A stretch of 62,087 bases of DNA from positions 47,609-109,695 of the forward strand of contig JAQTQC010000002.1 in assembly GCA_028712505.1 (NCBI GenBank), in the 5' to 3' direction. The DNA comes from Candidatus Omnitrophota bacterium (GTDB lineage: Bacteria; Omnitrophota; Gorgyraeia; Gygaellales; Profunditerraquicolaceae). Shown here in pieces: positions 27,667 to 35,861 of this stretch (positions are counted from its first letter, which is position 1; each line of letters opens with the position of its first letter). The position numbers and the translations under genes are program-made. The notes below the pieces were generated by a model. The model was not told the origin of the DNA. It was given only the letters and a program-made list of their open reading frames with translations, and searched no databases.

Positions 27667-27825
27667 TTATTTTTGTTTTAACAAAACAATACCGCTTGAG
27701 AGGAAGAATATTAACGTGGCATAATTATAAACGCTCCAATAAGTATCGTTGTCCAAAACCATGCCTAAGACCGTGCAAACCGCAAACATCAACGACAACT
27801 TTCCGATCATTTTATTTCTTTTCAT
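27667..27825 (-). CDS. small hypothetical membrane protein (52 aa, below the ORF-track cutoff)
   Basis: My own translation is MKRNKMIGKLSLMFAVCTVLGMVLDNDTYWSVYNYATLIFFLSSGIVLLKQK. AAAGGGGG lies 5 nt upstream of the ATG. There are two hydrophobic segments. Confidence 0.45.
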   Translation of the reverse strand: MKRNKMIGKLSLMFAVCTVLGMVLDNDTYWSVYNYATLIFFLSSGIVLLKQK

Positions 27826-27847
27826 CTTTACCCCCTTTTAGTGCCCG

Positions 27848-28486
27848 CTAACTTTTCAGAAATTGCTTAGTTTCGTGTTCTGATAACCGCGATAATTCCT
27901 GGCCGATCTCAATGCTTATCTTTGACAAAGCCGCATTCAAGGCCATTACCACACCGGAATAATGATGCGGCTTGACATCCTCCATCAACACCGATCTTTT
28001 ACTGAAAGCCAGATTCTTATTCTTCAGATCCAATATAGACCACTGCGCCGTAAGAACCAGCTCTTTATTCATATTCACATCCAGCTCAACAACATCCAGG
28101 ACTACCTGGAACCTTACCGGAATAAGTATGTTCCAAGGAAATATCTCTATATCCTTACATTCCATAAGCAACATAAGATTTTCATTTAAGATCCTGCCGA
28201 TAGCAAAGTCCAGCGGCTCCCCCCAGCGGTCAAATTCCGCAAAAGTCATCAGCTGGTTATTGTTAACCGTTACTATCTGCGGACGGTTCAGATAATCCGG
28301 GATCTTTACCGGACCGACACCGATGATCTCATCGCCGGAAATCTTAAACTTCTCGCTTATCTGTTCCGGGGTTATTGAACCAAGCTTATAGAACCTCGGG
28401 GAAGGGCTTCTGGAAATAGATGCGCATCCGCTTAATACAAAGATAAAAACAGAAAAAACCAAGAATCTAAGAATCCCATTTTTCAT
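27848..28486 (-). CDS. ABC-transport auxiliary lipoprotein (PqiC/YmbA, DUF330-like)
   Basis: Has an LSGC lipobox followed by SPSPRFYKL, typical of this family. It is the last gene of the Mla-like operon. Confidence 0.7.
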   Translation of the reverse strand: MKNGILRFLVFSVFIFVLSGCASISRSPSPRFYKLGSITPEQISEKFKISGDEIIGVGPVKIPDYLNRPQIVTVNNNQLMTFAEFDRWGEPLDFAIGRILNENLMLLMECKDIEIFPWNILIPVRFQVVLDVVELDVNMNKELVLTAQWSILDLKNKNLAFSKRSVLMEDVKPHHYSGVVMALNAALSKISIEIGQELSRLSEHETKQFLKS

Positions 28487-28503
28487 TATCAGTCTCCTTT
28501 TAA

Positions 28504-29190
28504 CTATTTTCCCTTGATCAACGCTTCCGGATGAATCTCTAAATATTCTACCAGCAATCTTATAGAACGCACTGCCTGAGCGAACTCCTTAAGCGTACTA
28601 TTCAAACCATAAGGACCTTCTGAATTTATCAATTTGTTCAACCCCCCGACAGCCTCCTTTAAATCATCGGCTATTTCTTTTATCGGCAATTCATCCATAA
28701 GCTCAAAGATATCCGGGGATGTAGGAAGCGTAGGTATTTCGGGGTATTGCTTGGCGATATCGTGGATTTTTCCCGGCCTGTCTGTGTAAAAATCCAAAGC
28801 GATCATCAATTGGCCGGTAATAAAACTTTGGATATCCAGCTTTGCGCGTAAGCCGGATGCAAGCAATTCATTATAGTCATAAACACTTAACTTCTTAGGA
28901 AGATTCTTTATCCGGGATGATTCCACATCAATGATTACAGGAATGGCTAAATCCTCAATCTTACGGTCATAAACAAGATGGATATCTTTTACAGTACCAA
29001 TTTTTACCCCCCGCAGGACAACCGGAGCCCCGACCGAAAGCCCTTTGATCGAGCCGTCGAAGAATAGGACATACCTGTTGGTACGCCTGAATAAAGTACC
29101 TGAACCAAAGACTACTGTTGCTACTATTAATAAAAACACCGCACCGATTACAAACGCGCCGATCAAAGTTTTGTTAGCTTTTTTGCTCAT
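28504..29190 (-). CDS. mlaD: MlaD/MCE-domain protein
   Basis: An N-terminal transmembrane helix plus an MCE domain (FDGSIKGLSVGAPVVLRGVKIGTV). Confidence 0.82.
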   Translation of the reverse strand: MSKKANKTLIGAFVIGAVFLLIVATVVFGSGTLFRRTNRYVLFFDGSIKGLSVGAPVVLRGVKIGTVKDIHLVYDRKIEDLAIPVIIDVESSRIKNLPKKLSVYDYNELLASGLRAKLDIQSFITGQLMIALDFYTDRPGKIHDIAKQYPEIPTLPTSPDIFELMDELPIKEIADDLKEAVGGLNKLINSEGPYGLNSTLKEFAQAVRSIRLLVEYLEIHPEALIKGK

Positions 29191-29201
29191 TCCCGCGCTC
29201 C

Positions 29202-29960
29202 TTATCTCCTGCCTCTGGTTAAGAACTGAATGACTTTAGGATCCCTGGAATTATCCAGTAAATATTTCGGGTCCCCGGATGCAGTCATCGTCTTGCTCTG
29301 ATCATCAAGAAAGATGGCATTATTACCTACCGCAAAAATACTGGCCAATTCATGCGTGACCACAACAATGGTAGAACCGAGGTCTTCCCTTAATTGGATT
29401 ATCAGATCATCAAGCATCTTAGCGCTTATCGGATCAAGCCCTGCCGATGGTTCGTCAAAAAATATTATATCCGGGTCAAGCGCAAGTGCCCGCGCAAGCC
29501 CTGCGCGCTTACGCATACCTCCGCTTAACTCCCCAGGATAAAGATCCGCGCAACCTTCCAGTCCGACTAATGAAAGTTTTAATTCCACTAAATCCCTTAT
29601 TTGAGAAACGCCCAAACTTGAATAAAGCTGCAAAGGCAGAGCTACGTTCTCACCCACTGTCAGGGAACTCCACAAGGCCCCGCTTTGATAAAGCACCCCA
29701 AAACCCCTCATCATCTCCTGCTGCCGGCGATAATCTGCAGCCCAAAAATCCTCACCGTTATATAGTACCTGTCCATTTTTAGGTTCTTTAAGGCCTATAA
29801 GCACCTTGAGCAGGGTACTCTTGCCGCAACCGCTGCCACCCATAATTATGAAAGTCTCGCCTTTGTTGACAGTAAAATTTAAATTACGCATTACCATATA
29901 ATCATCGTAATTTAAATCAAGGTTGCGTACTTCGATAAATGGCTTTACCGGCATATCCAT
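29202..29960 (-). CDS. mlaF: ABC transporter ATP-binding protein (MlaF-like)
   Basis: Walker A GGSGCGKST, signature LSGGMRKR and Walker B IIFFDEP. Confidence 0.88.
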   Translation of the reverse strand: MDMPVKPFIEVRNLDLNYDDYMVMRNLNFTVNKGETFIIMGGSGCGKSTLLKVLIGLKEPKNGQVLYNGEDFWAADYRRQQEMMRGFGVLYQSGALWSSLTVGENVALPLQLYSSLGVSQIRDLVELKLSLVGLEGCADLYPGELSGGMRKRAGLARALALDPDIIFFDEPSAGLDPISAKMLDDLIIQLREDLGSTIVVVTHELASIFAVGNNAIFLDDQSKTMTASGDPKYLLDNSRDPKVIQFLTRGRR

Positions 29961-29964
29961 AAGA

Positions 29965-31098
29965 CTAAACCCCCAGGACCTGGCAGATAAATGTAATCAC
30001 TGCCGTAGCAATAACAATAGAAGTAATAGCGGTAACTACTGCTGAAGTAGTTGCCTCTCCAACTCCAGAGGCGCTTCTTTCACACCTTATGCCGCGAAGG
30101 CATCCGGAGATTGCGATAATAATGCCAAAAACTACGCTATGCGCTAAACCTACCCATAAGTTACTCATTTTTACGGCAGCCTGGGTATGGTTAATATATT
30201 CTACGGGATTAAGGTTCAACATGCTGACGCTGATGGCAAAACCACCAAGTATACCCATAAGGTTTGCATAAAGTGTCAAAAGCGGCATCATTATCACCAA
30301 TGCCAAAATCCGTGGCACCACCAGGAATTCAACCGGATCGACGCCCAGTGTCTTAAAGGCATCGATCTCCTCATTCGTCTGCATAATACCCAACTCTGCC
30401 GCGAAACTTGCGCCGGTACGGCCGGACATAAGTATACCGGTCATAACAGCTCCCATTACCCGAACCATGGCAATACCGACGATATCTGCGATATAGATCT
30501 GCGCACCGAATAATTTAAGCTGCATCGCGCCTACAAAAGCAAGGATCACGCCTACCAGCAAACTGATCAAAGACACTAACCCCAGGGCACTTACTCCACA
30601 ACGCTGAAGAAGAAGCATAAATTCGTCTTTACGAAAATACGCTTTACCTATGATCAAGCGGCCGAAGGCCTGAACAATCTCACCTAAGAAATCCAACAGT
30701 ATGAACAAGCCCTTCCCCATACCGATAAAACCCTCTCCAACCTTTTCCAAAAATGTGTCTGTCACATCTACTTTAGGAAGGACTTTTATATCAGTTCTTG
30801 TCAAGGTAAGGGCTATTATTTTCTCCATGCCTTCGGGAGGATTATTATATCTAACCTCAATGTTTCTCTCCTGGCATTGCTTAATCAGCTTATATAAGAA
30901 AACAACCAGGCTGCTATCCCAGGCGGACAACTCCGTGGTATCGAGGATGATGGTCTTAATATCGGGGTATGCTAAAAACTGCGAAGTGGCTTCAGATACC
31001 GGAGGGATTTTCGTAAAGATCTGCCAAACGCCATTAAACCTAACTGAAAGAGCGTTATCGCCCTGGGAGTAATTAAATGTAAGTTTTTCTAACGACAT
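29965..31098 (-). CDS. mlaE: MlaE-family ABC permease with N-terminal STAS-like domain
   Basis: The C-terminal ~260 aa match the MlaE permease family. The N-terminal ~110 aa are soluble and STAS/MlaB-like. Confidence 0.8.
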   Translation of the reverse strand: MSLEKLTFNYSQGDNALSVRFNGVWQIFTKIPPVSEATSQFLAYPDIKTIILDTTELSAWDSSLVVFLYKLIKQCQERNIEVRYNNPPEGMEKIIALTLTRTDIKVLPKVDVTDTFLEKVGEGFIGMGKGLFILLDFLGEIVQAFGRLIIGKAYFRKDEFMLLLQRCGVSALGLVSLISLLVGVILAFVGAMQLKLFGAQIYIADIVGIAMVRVMGAVMTGILMSGRTGASFAAELGIMQTNEEIDAFKTLGVDPVEFLVVPRILALVIMMPLLTLYANLMGILGGFAISVSMLNLNPVEYINHTQAAVKMSNLWVGLAHSVVFGIIIAISGCLRGIRCERSASGVGEATTSAVVTAITSIVIATAVITFICQVLGV

Positions 31099-31148
31099 TT
31101 ACTATTCTTTCCGGTTGCCCTACATATTAATTATCGACGTCATAAGTT

Positions 31149-31183
31149 ATTATAAAACTAACACCTTTATTGTCAATGGATTA
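31149..31183 (-). promoter_or_regulatory. putative sigma70-type promoter of the mla-like operon
   Basis: The minus strand reads TAATCCA-TTGACA, a 16-nt spacer, then TATAAT. Confidence 0.6.
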
Positions 31184-31202
31184 TGCTGAAATACCCTAGC
31201 CT

Positions 31203-31448
31203 TTAATAATCAAAAAGATCCTTTAATACATATTGTTTACCTGTAGCCTTGTTTAAAGCATTGAGGATTCGATATTGGATCTTCAAATTCAAACGCCTGC
31301 CTTTGGCCGCACGGCTGACCATCTTATGTGTGATCTGTTCAGTTGAGTTATTTACCAAATCATTAGACTTGAAACCGTGTTCAGCCATGATCTTAGAAAG
31401 CGGCTGCTCCCCTAAATCCCGTTCAAATTCATTATTCATTCTTGACAA
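31203..31448 (-). CDS. hypothetical small protein
   Basis: An 81-aa ORF divergent from rpmB. No recognised family. Confidence 0.45.
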   Translation of the reverse strand: MSRMNNEFERDLGEQPLSKIMAEHGFKSNDLVNNSTEQITHKMVSRAAKGRRLNLKIQYRILNALNKATGKQYVLKDLFDY

Positions 31449-31469
31449 TACCGTAATTTCAAGTATACT
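31442..31469 (+). promoter_or_regulatory. putative sigma70-type promoter of rpmB
   Basis: TTGACA (31442-31447), a 16-nt spacer, then TATACT (31464-31469). An AGGAG ribosome-binding site lies before the ATG at 31508. Confidence 0.6.
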
Positions 31470-31507
31470 TAATAAACTTAAAGAAAAAACCTACAGGAGT
31501 TCTAAAA

Positions 31508-31759
31508 ATGCTTAAAGAATGTGTAATCTGCAAAAAAGGCGCACTCAACGGTAAAGTATTATCCAGAAAAGGCCAATATAAGGCTAAAGGCGGAACCGGT
31601 TCAAAGATCGCCCGCTGGTCAAAACGCAAATTTCTTCCTAATCTTCAGAAAATGCGTATACTGGTTAAAGGTGTGCCTAAGAGTGTCTTTATCTGCGCCA
31701 AATGCATCAAAAAGGGCGATTTTAAAAAAGCTCTCCCCAGGACTAAAACTACTATTTAA
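31508..31759 (+). CDS. rpmB: 50S ribosomal protein L28 (Cys-containing form)
   Basis: Has the L28 signature KRKFLPNLQ plus CVIC...CAKC cysteine pairs. Confidence 0.8.
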   Translation: MLKECVICKKGALNGKVLSRKGQYKAKGGTGSKIARWSKRKFLPNLQKMRILVKGVPKSVFICAKCIKKGDFKKALPRTKTTI

Positions 31760-33440
31760 AGAATATATCTTTGGCTTCCAGGATCAAAGATTCATCCTGT
31801 CGCCAGGAGTCTATCTTCGGGGTATAAATCAGATCAAATGACCCCGCCTGCATAAGGCTATTCAACAGACCAGCCATGCCAAAACCAATAACTTGGCAGG
31901 TAGTTATACCATCGGTTGCCCAGAATTTAAGCGTCTCACGGCTTAAACTTTGTACTTGGCCTTTTAGTTTAAGGCTACGTGTATAAAACAAGGGTTCCGG
32001 ATTTGCCATTCCGAACGGCTCTAAAGACTCTAACTCCCTGACCATCGACTTATTCAAATCACTAAAAAGAAGCTCCGCGTCAACATCTATACTGGGCAGC
32101 AAATCTTCCAAGTTCAAACGATCATGGGCCAGCCTATTGATACTCTTCCGGAATTCATCGATATTATCCCTGGTAATCAATATCCCGGCAGCATGGGCAT
32201 GCCCGCCAAAACTATCCAGGAGTTTCTTGCAATCCACCAAGGCGTCAAAAAGGTGAAAATTCTTGATTGAACGGGCAGAACCCTTGCATAAATTATCATT
32301 CAGCGAAATAACTATTGCCGGTCGGTAAAACCTGTCGGCAAGTTTTGAAGCAACAATCCCCAGAACGCCCTGATGCCAATCTTCTTTGGCAATCACAATC
32401 ACCTTCTGCTCTTTAAAATTCACTTGTTGGTTTATCATCTCCTCTGCTTCTTCTAAAATCTTAGCCTCTACCTTCTGGCGCTGACGATTAAACTGCTCAA
32501 GTTCCCTGGCTAAGTTCTGAGCCTCTGCATAACTCTGGCTCATTAAAAGCCTTAAAGATAATTCAGCGCTCGCCATCCTGCCGGATGCATTCAGGCGCGG
32601 AGCAATAATAAAACTTACATAAGTGGAATTAAACTTTTTATTTTTAATCCCGGCATTATCAATGATCGCGCGTAAGCCTTCTCTCTTGGTATCCGGCAGA
32701 TGCAATAATCCTTCCCTGGCAATAATCCGATTTTCTCCGTTTAAGGGGACACTGTCAGCAATTGTACCTAAAGTAACCAGATCCAGATCTGCGTTAAGCA
32801 AAGAGCCGCTGATTGCCTGGCAAAATTTATAAGCTACTCCTACCCCGGCTAAATCCCGGAAAGGATAACCCGAATTTCTTATTTTAGGGTTAATCAGGCT
32901 TGAGGCCGCAGGTAAACCTGCTTCCTGCGGCTCATGATGATCAGTGATAATCACATCAATATTTGCCTGTCTTAATCCTTCAATCTCCCGATGGTTAGCC
33001 GTGCCGCAATCAGCGGTAACCATAAGCTTTACTTTATTTTCTTTGGCAAAAGTAATTATTTCTTTGTTTAAACCATAACCTTCGGTAATCCGGTGAGGAA
33101 TATGATGCAGGACATCCAGGCCCAATGCAGTAAGCGTATTCTTGACTAAGACCGTGCTGGTTATGCCATCTACATCATAATCTCCAAAAACCATAACCTT
33201 CTCTTTATTCTCCCTGGCTTTTTTGATCAAGGAAACTGCCTTAGGCATATCCGAAAACAACTGCGGGCTAAATAAATCATCCATACCAGCTTTAAGGAAT
33301 TTCTCCCCTTCGGCAACGGATTTTACTTTACGGTTGAGCAGAATCTGGGCCAGGATTTTAGAGATACCTAATTCTTTGGATAGTTGATTTTGCAGATGGA
33401 TGTGCGGGGTGGCTAAACTTAAAACTTTATGTGAGGACAT
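31752..33440 (-). CDS. recJ: single-stranded-DNA-specific exonuclease RecJ
   Basis: Carries the DHH family motifs DYDVDGITS and ITDHHEP plus a DHHA1 domain. Confidence 0.92.
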   Translation of the reverse strand: MSSHKVLSLATPHIHLQNQLSKELGISKILAQILLNRKVKSVAEGEKFLKAGMDDLFSPQLFSDMPKAVSLIKKARENKEKVMVFGDYDVDGITSTVLVKNTLTALGLDVLHHIPHRITEGYGLNKEIITFAKENKVKLMVTADCGTANHREIEGLRQANIDVIITDHHEPQEAGLPAASSLINPKIRNSGYPFRDLAGVGVAYKFCQAISGSLLNADLDLVTLGTIADSVPLNGENRIIAREGLLHLPDTKREGLRAIIDNAGIKNKKFNSTYVSFIIAPRLNASGRMASAELSLRLLMSQSYAEAQNLARELEQFNRQRQKVEAKILEEAEEMINQQVNFKEQKVIVIAKEDWHQGVLGIVASKLADRFYRPAIVISLNDNLCKGSARSIKNFHLFDALVDCKKLLDSFGGHAHAAGILITRDNIDEFRKSINRLAHDRLNLEDLLPSIDVDAELLFSDLNKSMVRELESLEPFGMANPEPLFYTRSLKLKGQVQSLSRETLKFWATDGITTCQVIGFGMAGLLNSLMQAGSFDLIYTPKIDSWRQDESLILEAKDIFFK

Positions 33441-33480
33441 ATATATTAAACATTGCCCCGTTTACAATCGGGGGGATAGA

Positions 33481-35118
33481 TCACATGCTTTCCGGCTGGT
33501 TTACACCCAACAATCCTAAACCGCAGGACAAAACAATCTTGACCCCCCTGATCAAGGCGAGCCTGGCGTTAGTAAGCGCCTCAGCCTGGCCCAGAACACG
33601 GTGGCGGTCATAGAATTTATGGAAAGCTTCGGATAACTCCTGTAAGTAAACCGTAACCATGTAGGGATCACAAGTAATCAAACAAATATTAAGGATCACC
33701 TTGAATTCAAGCATCTTCTTGATAAGATCCAGCTCTTCCTTCTCTTTAAGCACAGAAAGGTCTGATTCACCCCTGCTGGAGATAGTAACACTCCGTAATA
33801 TGCTGCAAATCCTGGCGTGGGCGTACTGCACATAGTAAACCGGGTTTTCCGCGCTCTGCTTTTTCGCTACTTCCAGGTCAAAATCCAGATGGCTGGATGT
33901 CCGACGCATTAAAAAGAAAAACCTTGAAGCATCCGAACCTACCTCATCCAAGACTTCGCGTAAAGTTATATATTGTCCACGGCGGGTGGACATTTGAATA
34001 GGCTGGCCATTGCGGAAAATGGTTGCCAACTGGACAATAATCACCGACAAGCTATCCGGAGAATGTCCAAATGCCTGAATTGAAGCCTTGATCCGATTGA
34101 TATAGCCATGATGATCCGGGCCCCAAAGATTGATCAACCAGTCAAAACCACGGCGGAATTTATCCTCGTGGTAGGCGATATCCGGAGCCAGGTATGTCTG
34201 GCTGCCATCGCTCTTGATGATGACCCTGTCTTTATCATCACCGAAAGCGGTAGACTTAAACCAGAGCGCGCCGTCCTGCTCGAACAAAAATCCTTTTTCC
34301 TTTAACCGGCTGAATGCCTGCTCTACTTTACCGCTCTTGGCCAGCTCTTTCTGGGAAAACCAGATATCAAAATTAACCTTGAAATCAATCAATTCCTTCC
34401 TGATAATCTTCAGGATGCAATCCGCAGCAAAATCACCCAAATCTGCATCACTGATCTTCTTTTTCTCCGCTTCCCTGGCAATATCGTAGATATAATCACC
34501 TTGATAATAATTCTCAGGGAATTCGATTATTTTCCCCGCCAGCTCTTCCCGGCGTAACTGGACTGATTTTCCCAAGATATTGATCTGGTTTCCCTCATCG
34601 TTGAGGTAATACTCGCGCTGCACATTGAAGTTAAGAAATTTCAAGATATTTGCCAGACAGTCACCTACCGCTGCCTGGCGGGCATGGGCAACCGATAAAG
34701 AACCGGTTGGATTAGCGCTGACAAACTCGATCAAAACTCTTTTACCTTTGCCTAAATCCTGTTTTAGGGCATCCTCACCCCGGGTGATTATTCCGGCTAA
34801 CTGATTATAAAAATAATTCGGATCAAGATAGAAGTTTATAAAACCTGCACCTTCAACCTTCACCTGGGAGATTAAATCTTTTAATTCCGATTTGGGGATT
34901 TCTTTCTGGATCAATTCAACCAATATCCCGGCAATATGGCGGGGAGCATTCTTCAGAGTCTTGCTCAATCTTAAAGCGATATTAGTGGTAAAATCGCCAA
35001 AGCGGTTGTCAGTGGGAAAATCAAGGACGATCTCCTCCTGGACGAGCTTGTCTAACTCGCCTGCCAGCAACGCTCGTTTGACCAAGGCTGTAAGTTCTTC
35101 CTGAATGTTATTCTGCAT
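33481..35118 (-). CDS. argS: arginine--tRNA ligase
   Basis: A class I synthetase with ANPTGSLSVAHAR (HIGH-like) and MSTRRG (KMSK-like) motifs and a DALR anticodon-binding domain. Confidence 0.95.
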   Translation of the reverse strand: MQNNIQEELTALVKRALLAGELDKLVQEEIVLDFPTDNRFGDFTTNIALRLSKTLKNAPRHIAGILVELIQKEIPKSELKDLISQVKVEGAGFINFYLDPNYFYNQLAGIITRGEDALKQDLGKGKRVLIEFVSANPTGSLSVAHARQAAVGDCLANILKFLNFNVQREYYLNDEGNQINILGKSVQLRREELAGKIIEFPENYYQGDYIYDIAREAEKKKISDADLGDFAADCILKIIRKELIDFKVNFDIWFSQKELAKSGKVEQAFSRLKEKGFLFEQDGALWFKSTAFGDDKDRVIIKSDGSQTYLAPDIAYHEDKFRRGFDWLINLWGPDHHGYINRIKASIQAFGHSPDSLSVIIVQLATIFRNGQPIQMSTRRGQYITLREVLDEVGSDASRFFFLMRRTSSHLDFDLEVAKKQSAENPVYYVQYAHARICSILRSVTISSRGESDLSVLKEKEELDLIKKMLEFKVILNICLITCDPYMVTVYLQELSEAFHKFYDRHRVLGQAEALTNARLALIRGVKIVLSCGLGLLGVNQPESM

Positions 35119-35156
35119 CTTAGTTTTCTAGAAATGAAGGCTGTAAAAACGGTAAG

Positions 35157-35501
35157 TTATTTTCGCTTGGCGGCAACAACCCTGACCTTTTTGGCGTCAG
35201 ACCAAAGGCTCTCTAAAGAATAAAACTCTCTCATAGGTTTATAAAAAGCATGGGCGATTACCGAAACATAGTCCAAAGCTAACCAACCGCTTTCATCGCC
35301 GCGAGGTACCTTTGAGAGAGATTTTATCCCGGCTTTTTCTAAATCATCACTGATCGCCTGAGCAATCGCCGCGGTCTGCCTTAAAGAGTTACCGCTGGCG
35401 ATAACAAAATAATCGCAGAAACCGGCTATCTTAGAAACATCGAGGATAGTCACATCCTCTGCCTTTATTGATTTAGCAGCCCGGGCAATGGCTTGAGCCA
35501 A
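35157..35501 (-). CDS. rsfS: ribosome silencing factor RsfS (iojap family)
   Basis: 114 aa with the iojap-like sequence DYFVIASGNS...QAIS, WLALDY. Confidence 0.88.
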   Translation of the reverse strand: MAQAIARAAKSIKAEDVTILDVSKIAGFCDYFVIASGNSLRQTAAIAQAISDDLEKAGIKSLSKVPRGDESGWLALDYVSVIAHAFYKPMREFYSLESLWSDAKKVRVVAAKRK

Positions 35502-35544
35502 CTGTTTTGAGTCTATCTTTAAACTCCTATTTCTGTATGATTCT

Positions 35545-35694
35545 TTATTTTTTACCCAAAATCTTGTACATTCCGGTCCCGCACTCAGGACATTTACCCT
35601 TCATCGCTGCGCGGCCGTTTTTCATAGTTACCTTCTGTTCATCTTTCATGGTTTTTTTACCCTTGCATTTTACGCAATATCCTGTTTCAGCCAT
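35545..35694 (-). CDS. small zinc-ribbon protein (49 aa, DUF5679-like), below the ORF-track cutoff
   Basis: My own translation is MAETGYCVKCKGKKTMKDEQKVTMKNGRAAMKGKCPECGTGMYKILGKK, with CxxC...CxxC pairs. AAGGAGG lies 6 nt upstream of the ATG. Confidence 0.75.
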   Translation of the reverse strand: MAETGYCVKCKGKKTMKDEQKVTMKNGRAAMKGKCPECGTGMYKILGKK

Positions 35695-35739
35695 TTGTTC
35701 CTCCTTGTTATGATGAATACATGCCCAACTATATGGTTA

Positions 35740-35768
35740 ATATTATCACAGCAAAATTTTTATGTCAA
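35740..35768 (-). promoter_or_regulatory. putative sigma70-type promoter (small Zn-ribbon gene-rsfS-argS)
   Basis: Minus-strand TTGACA (reverse complement of 35763-35768), a 17-nt spacer, then TAATAT (reverse complement of 35740-35745). Confidence 0.65.
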
Positions 35769-35784
35769 ACAATTCTTATTTTAG

Positions 35785-35848
35785 TGAGCACTTGACTTAC
35801 GAATATTAAGCATGAGTAAGTCAATCTGCGAACTAATCCTGAGCCTGC
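35785..35848. repeat. intergenic repeat element, copy 1 (9-bp perfect inverted repeat + conserved tail)
   Basis: TTGACTTAC (35792-35800) and GTAAGTCAA (35816-35824) flank 15 nt, followed by GCGAA..ATCCTGAGCCTGC. About 50 of 64 nt are identical to 60004-60068. Confidence 0.85.
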
Positions 35849-35861
35849 AAAGCAGATTTCC

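Noticed and set aside
27621-27851. 76-aa plus-strand ORF in the pqiC-bla gap
   Set aside because: It has no ribosome-binding site and an Arg/Cys/Pro-rich translation. The minus-strand 52-aa ORF with a ribosome-binding site explains the region better.
35507-35713. 68-aa plus-strand ORF
   Set aside because: It is antisense to the 49-aa zinc-ribbon ORF, which has a strong AAGGAGG ribosome-binding site and paired CxxC motifs. The plus-strand translation is hydrophobic low-complexity with no start signals.
35792-35824. Interpreting TTGACTTAC...GTAAGTCAA as a bidirectional sigma70 promoter
   Set aside because: TTGACT is a good -35, but on both strands and in both copies the sequence 17 nt downstream (CGTAAG/TCGTAA, GAGTAA) is a poor -10.
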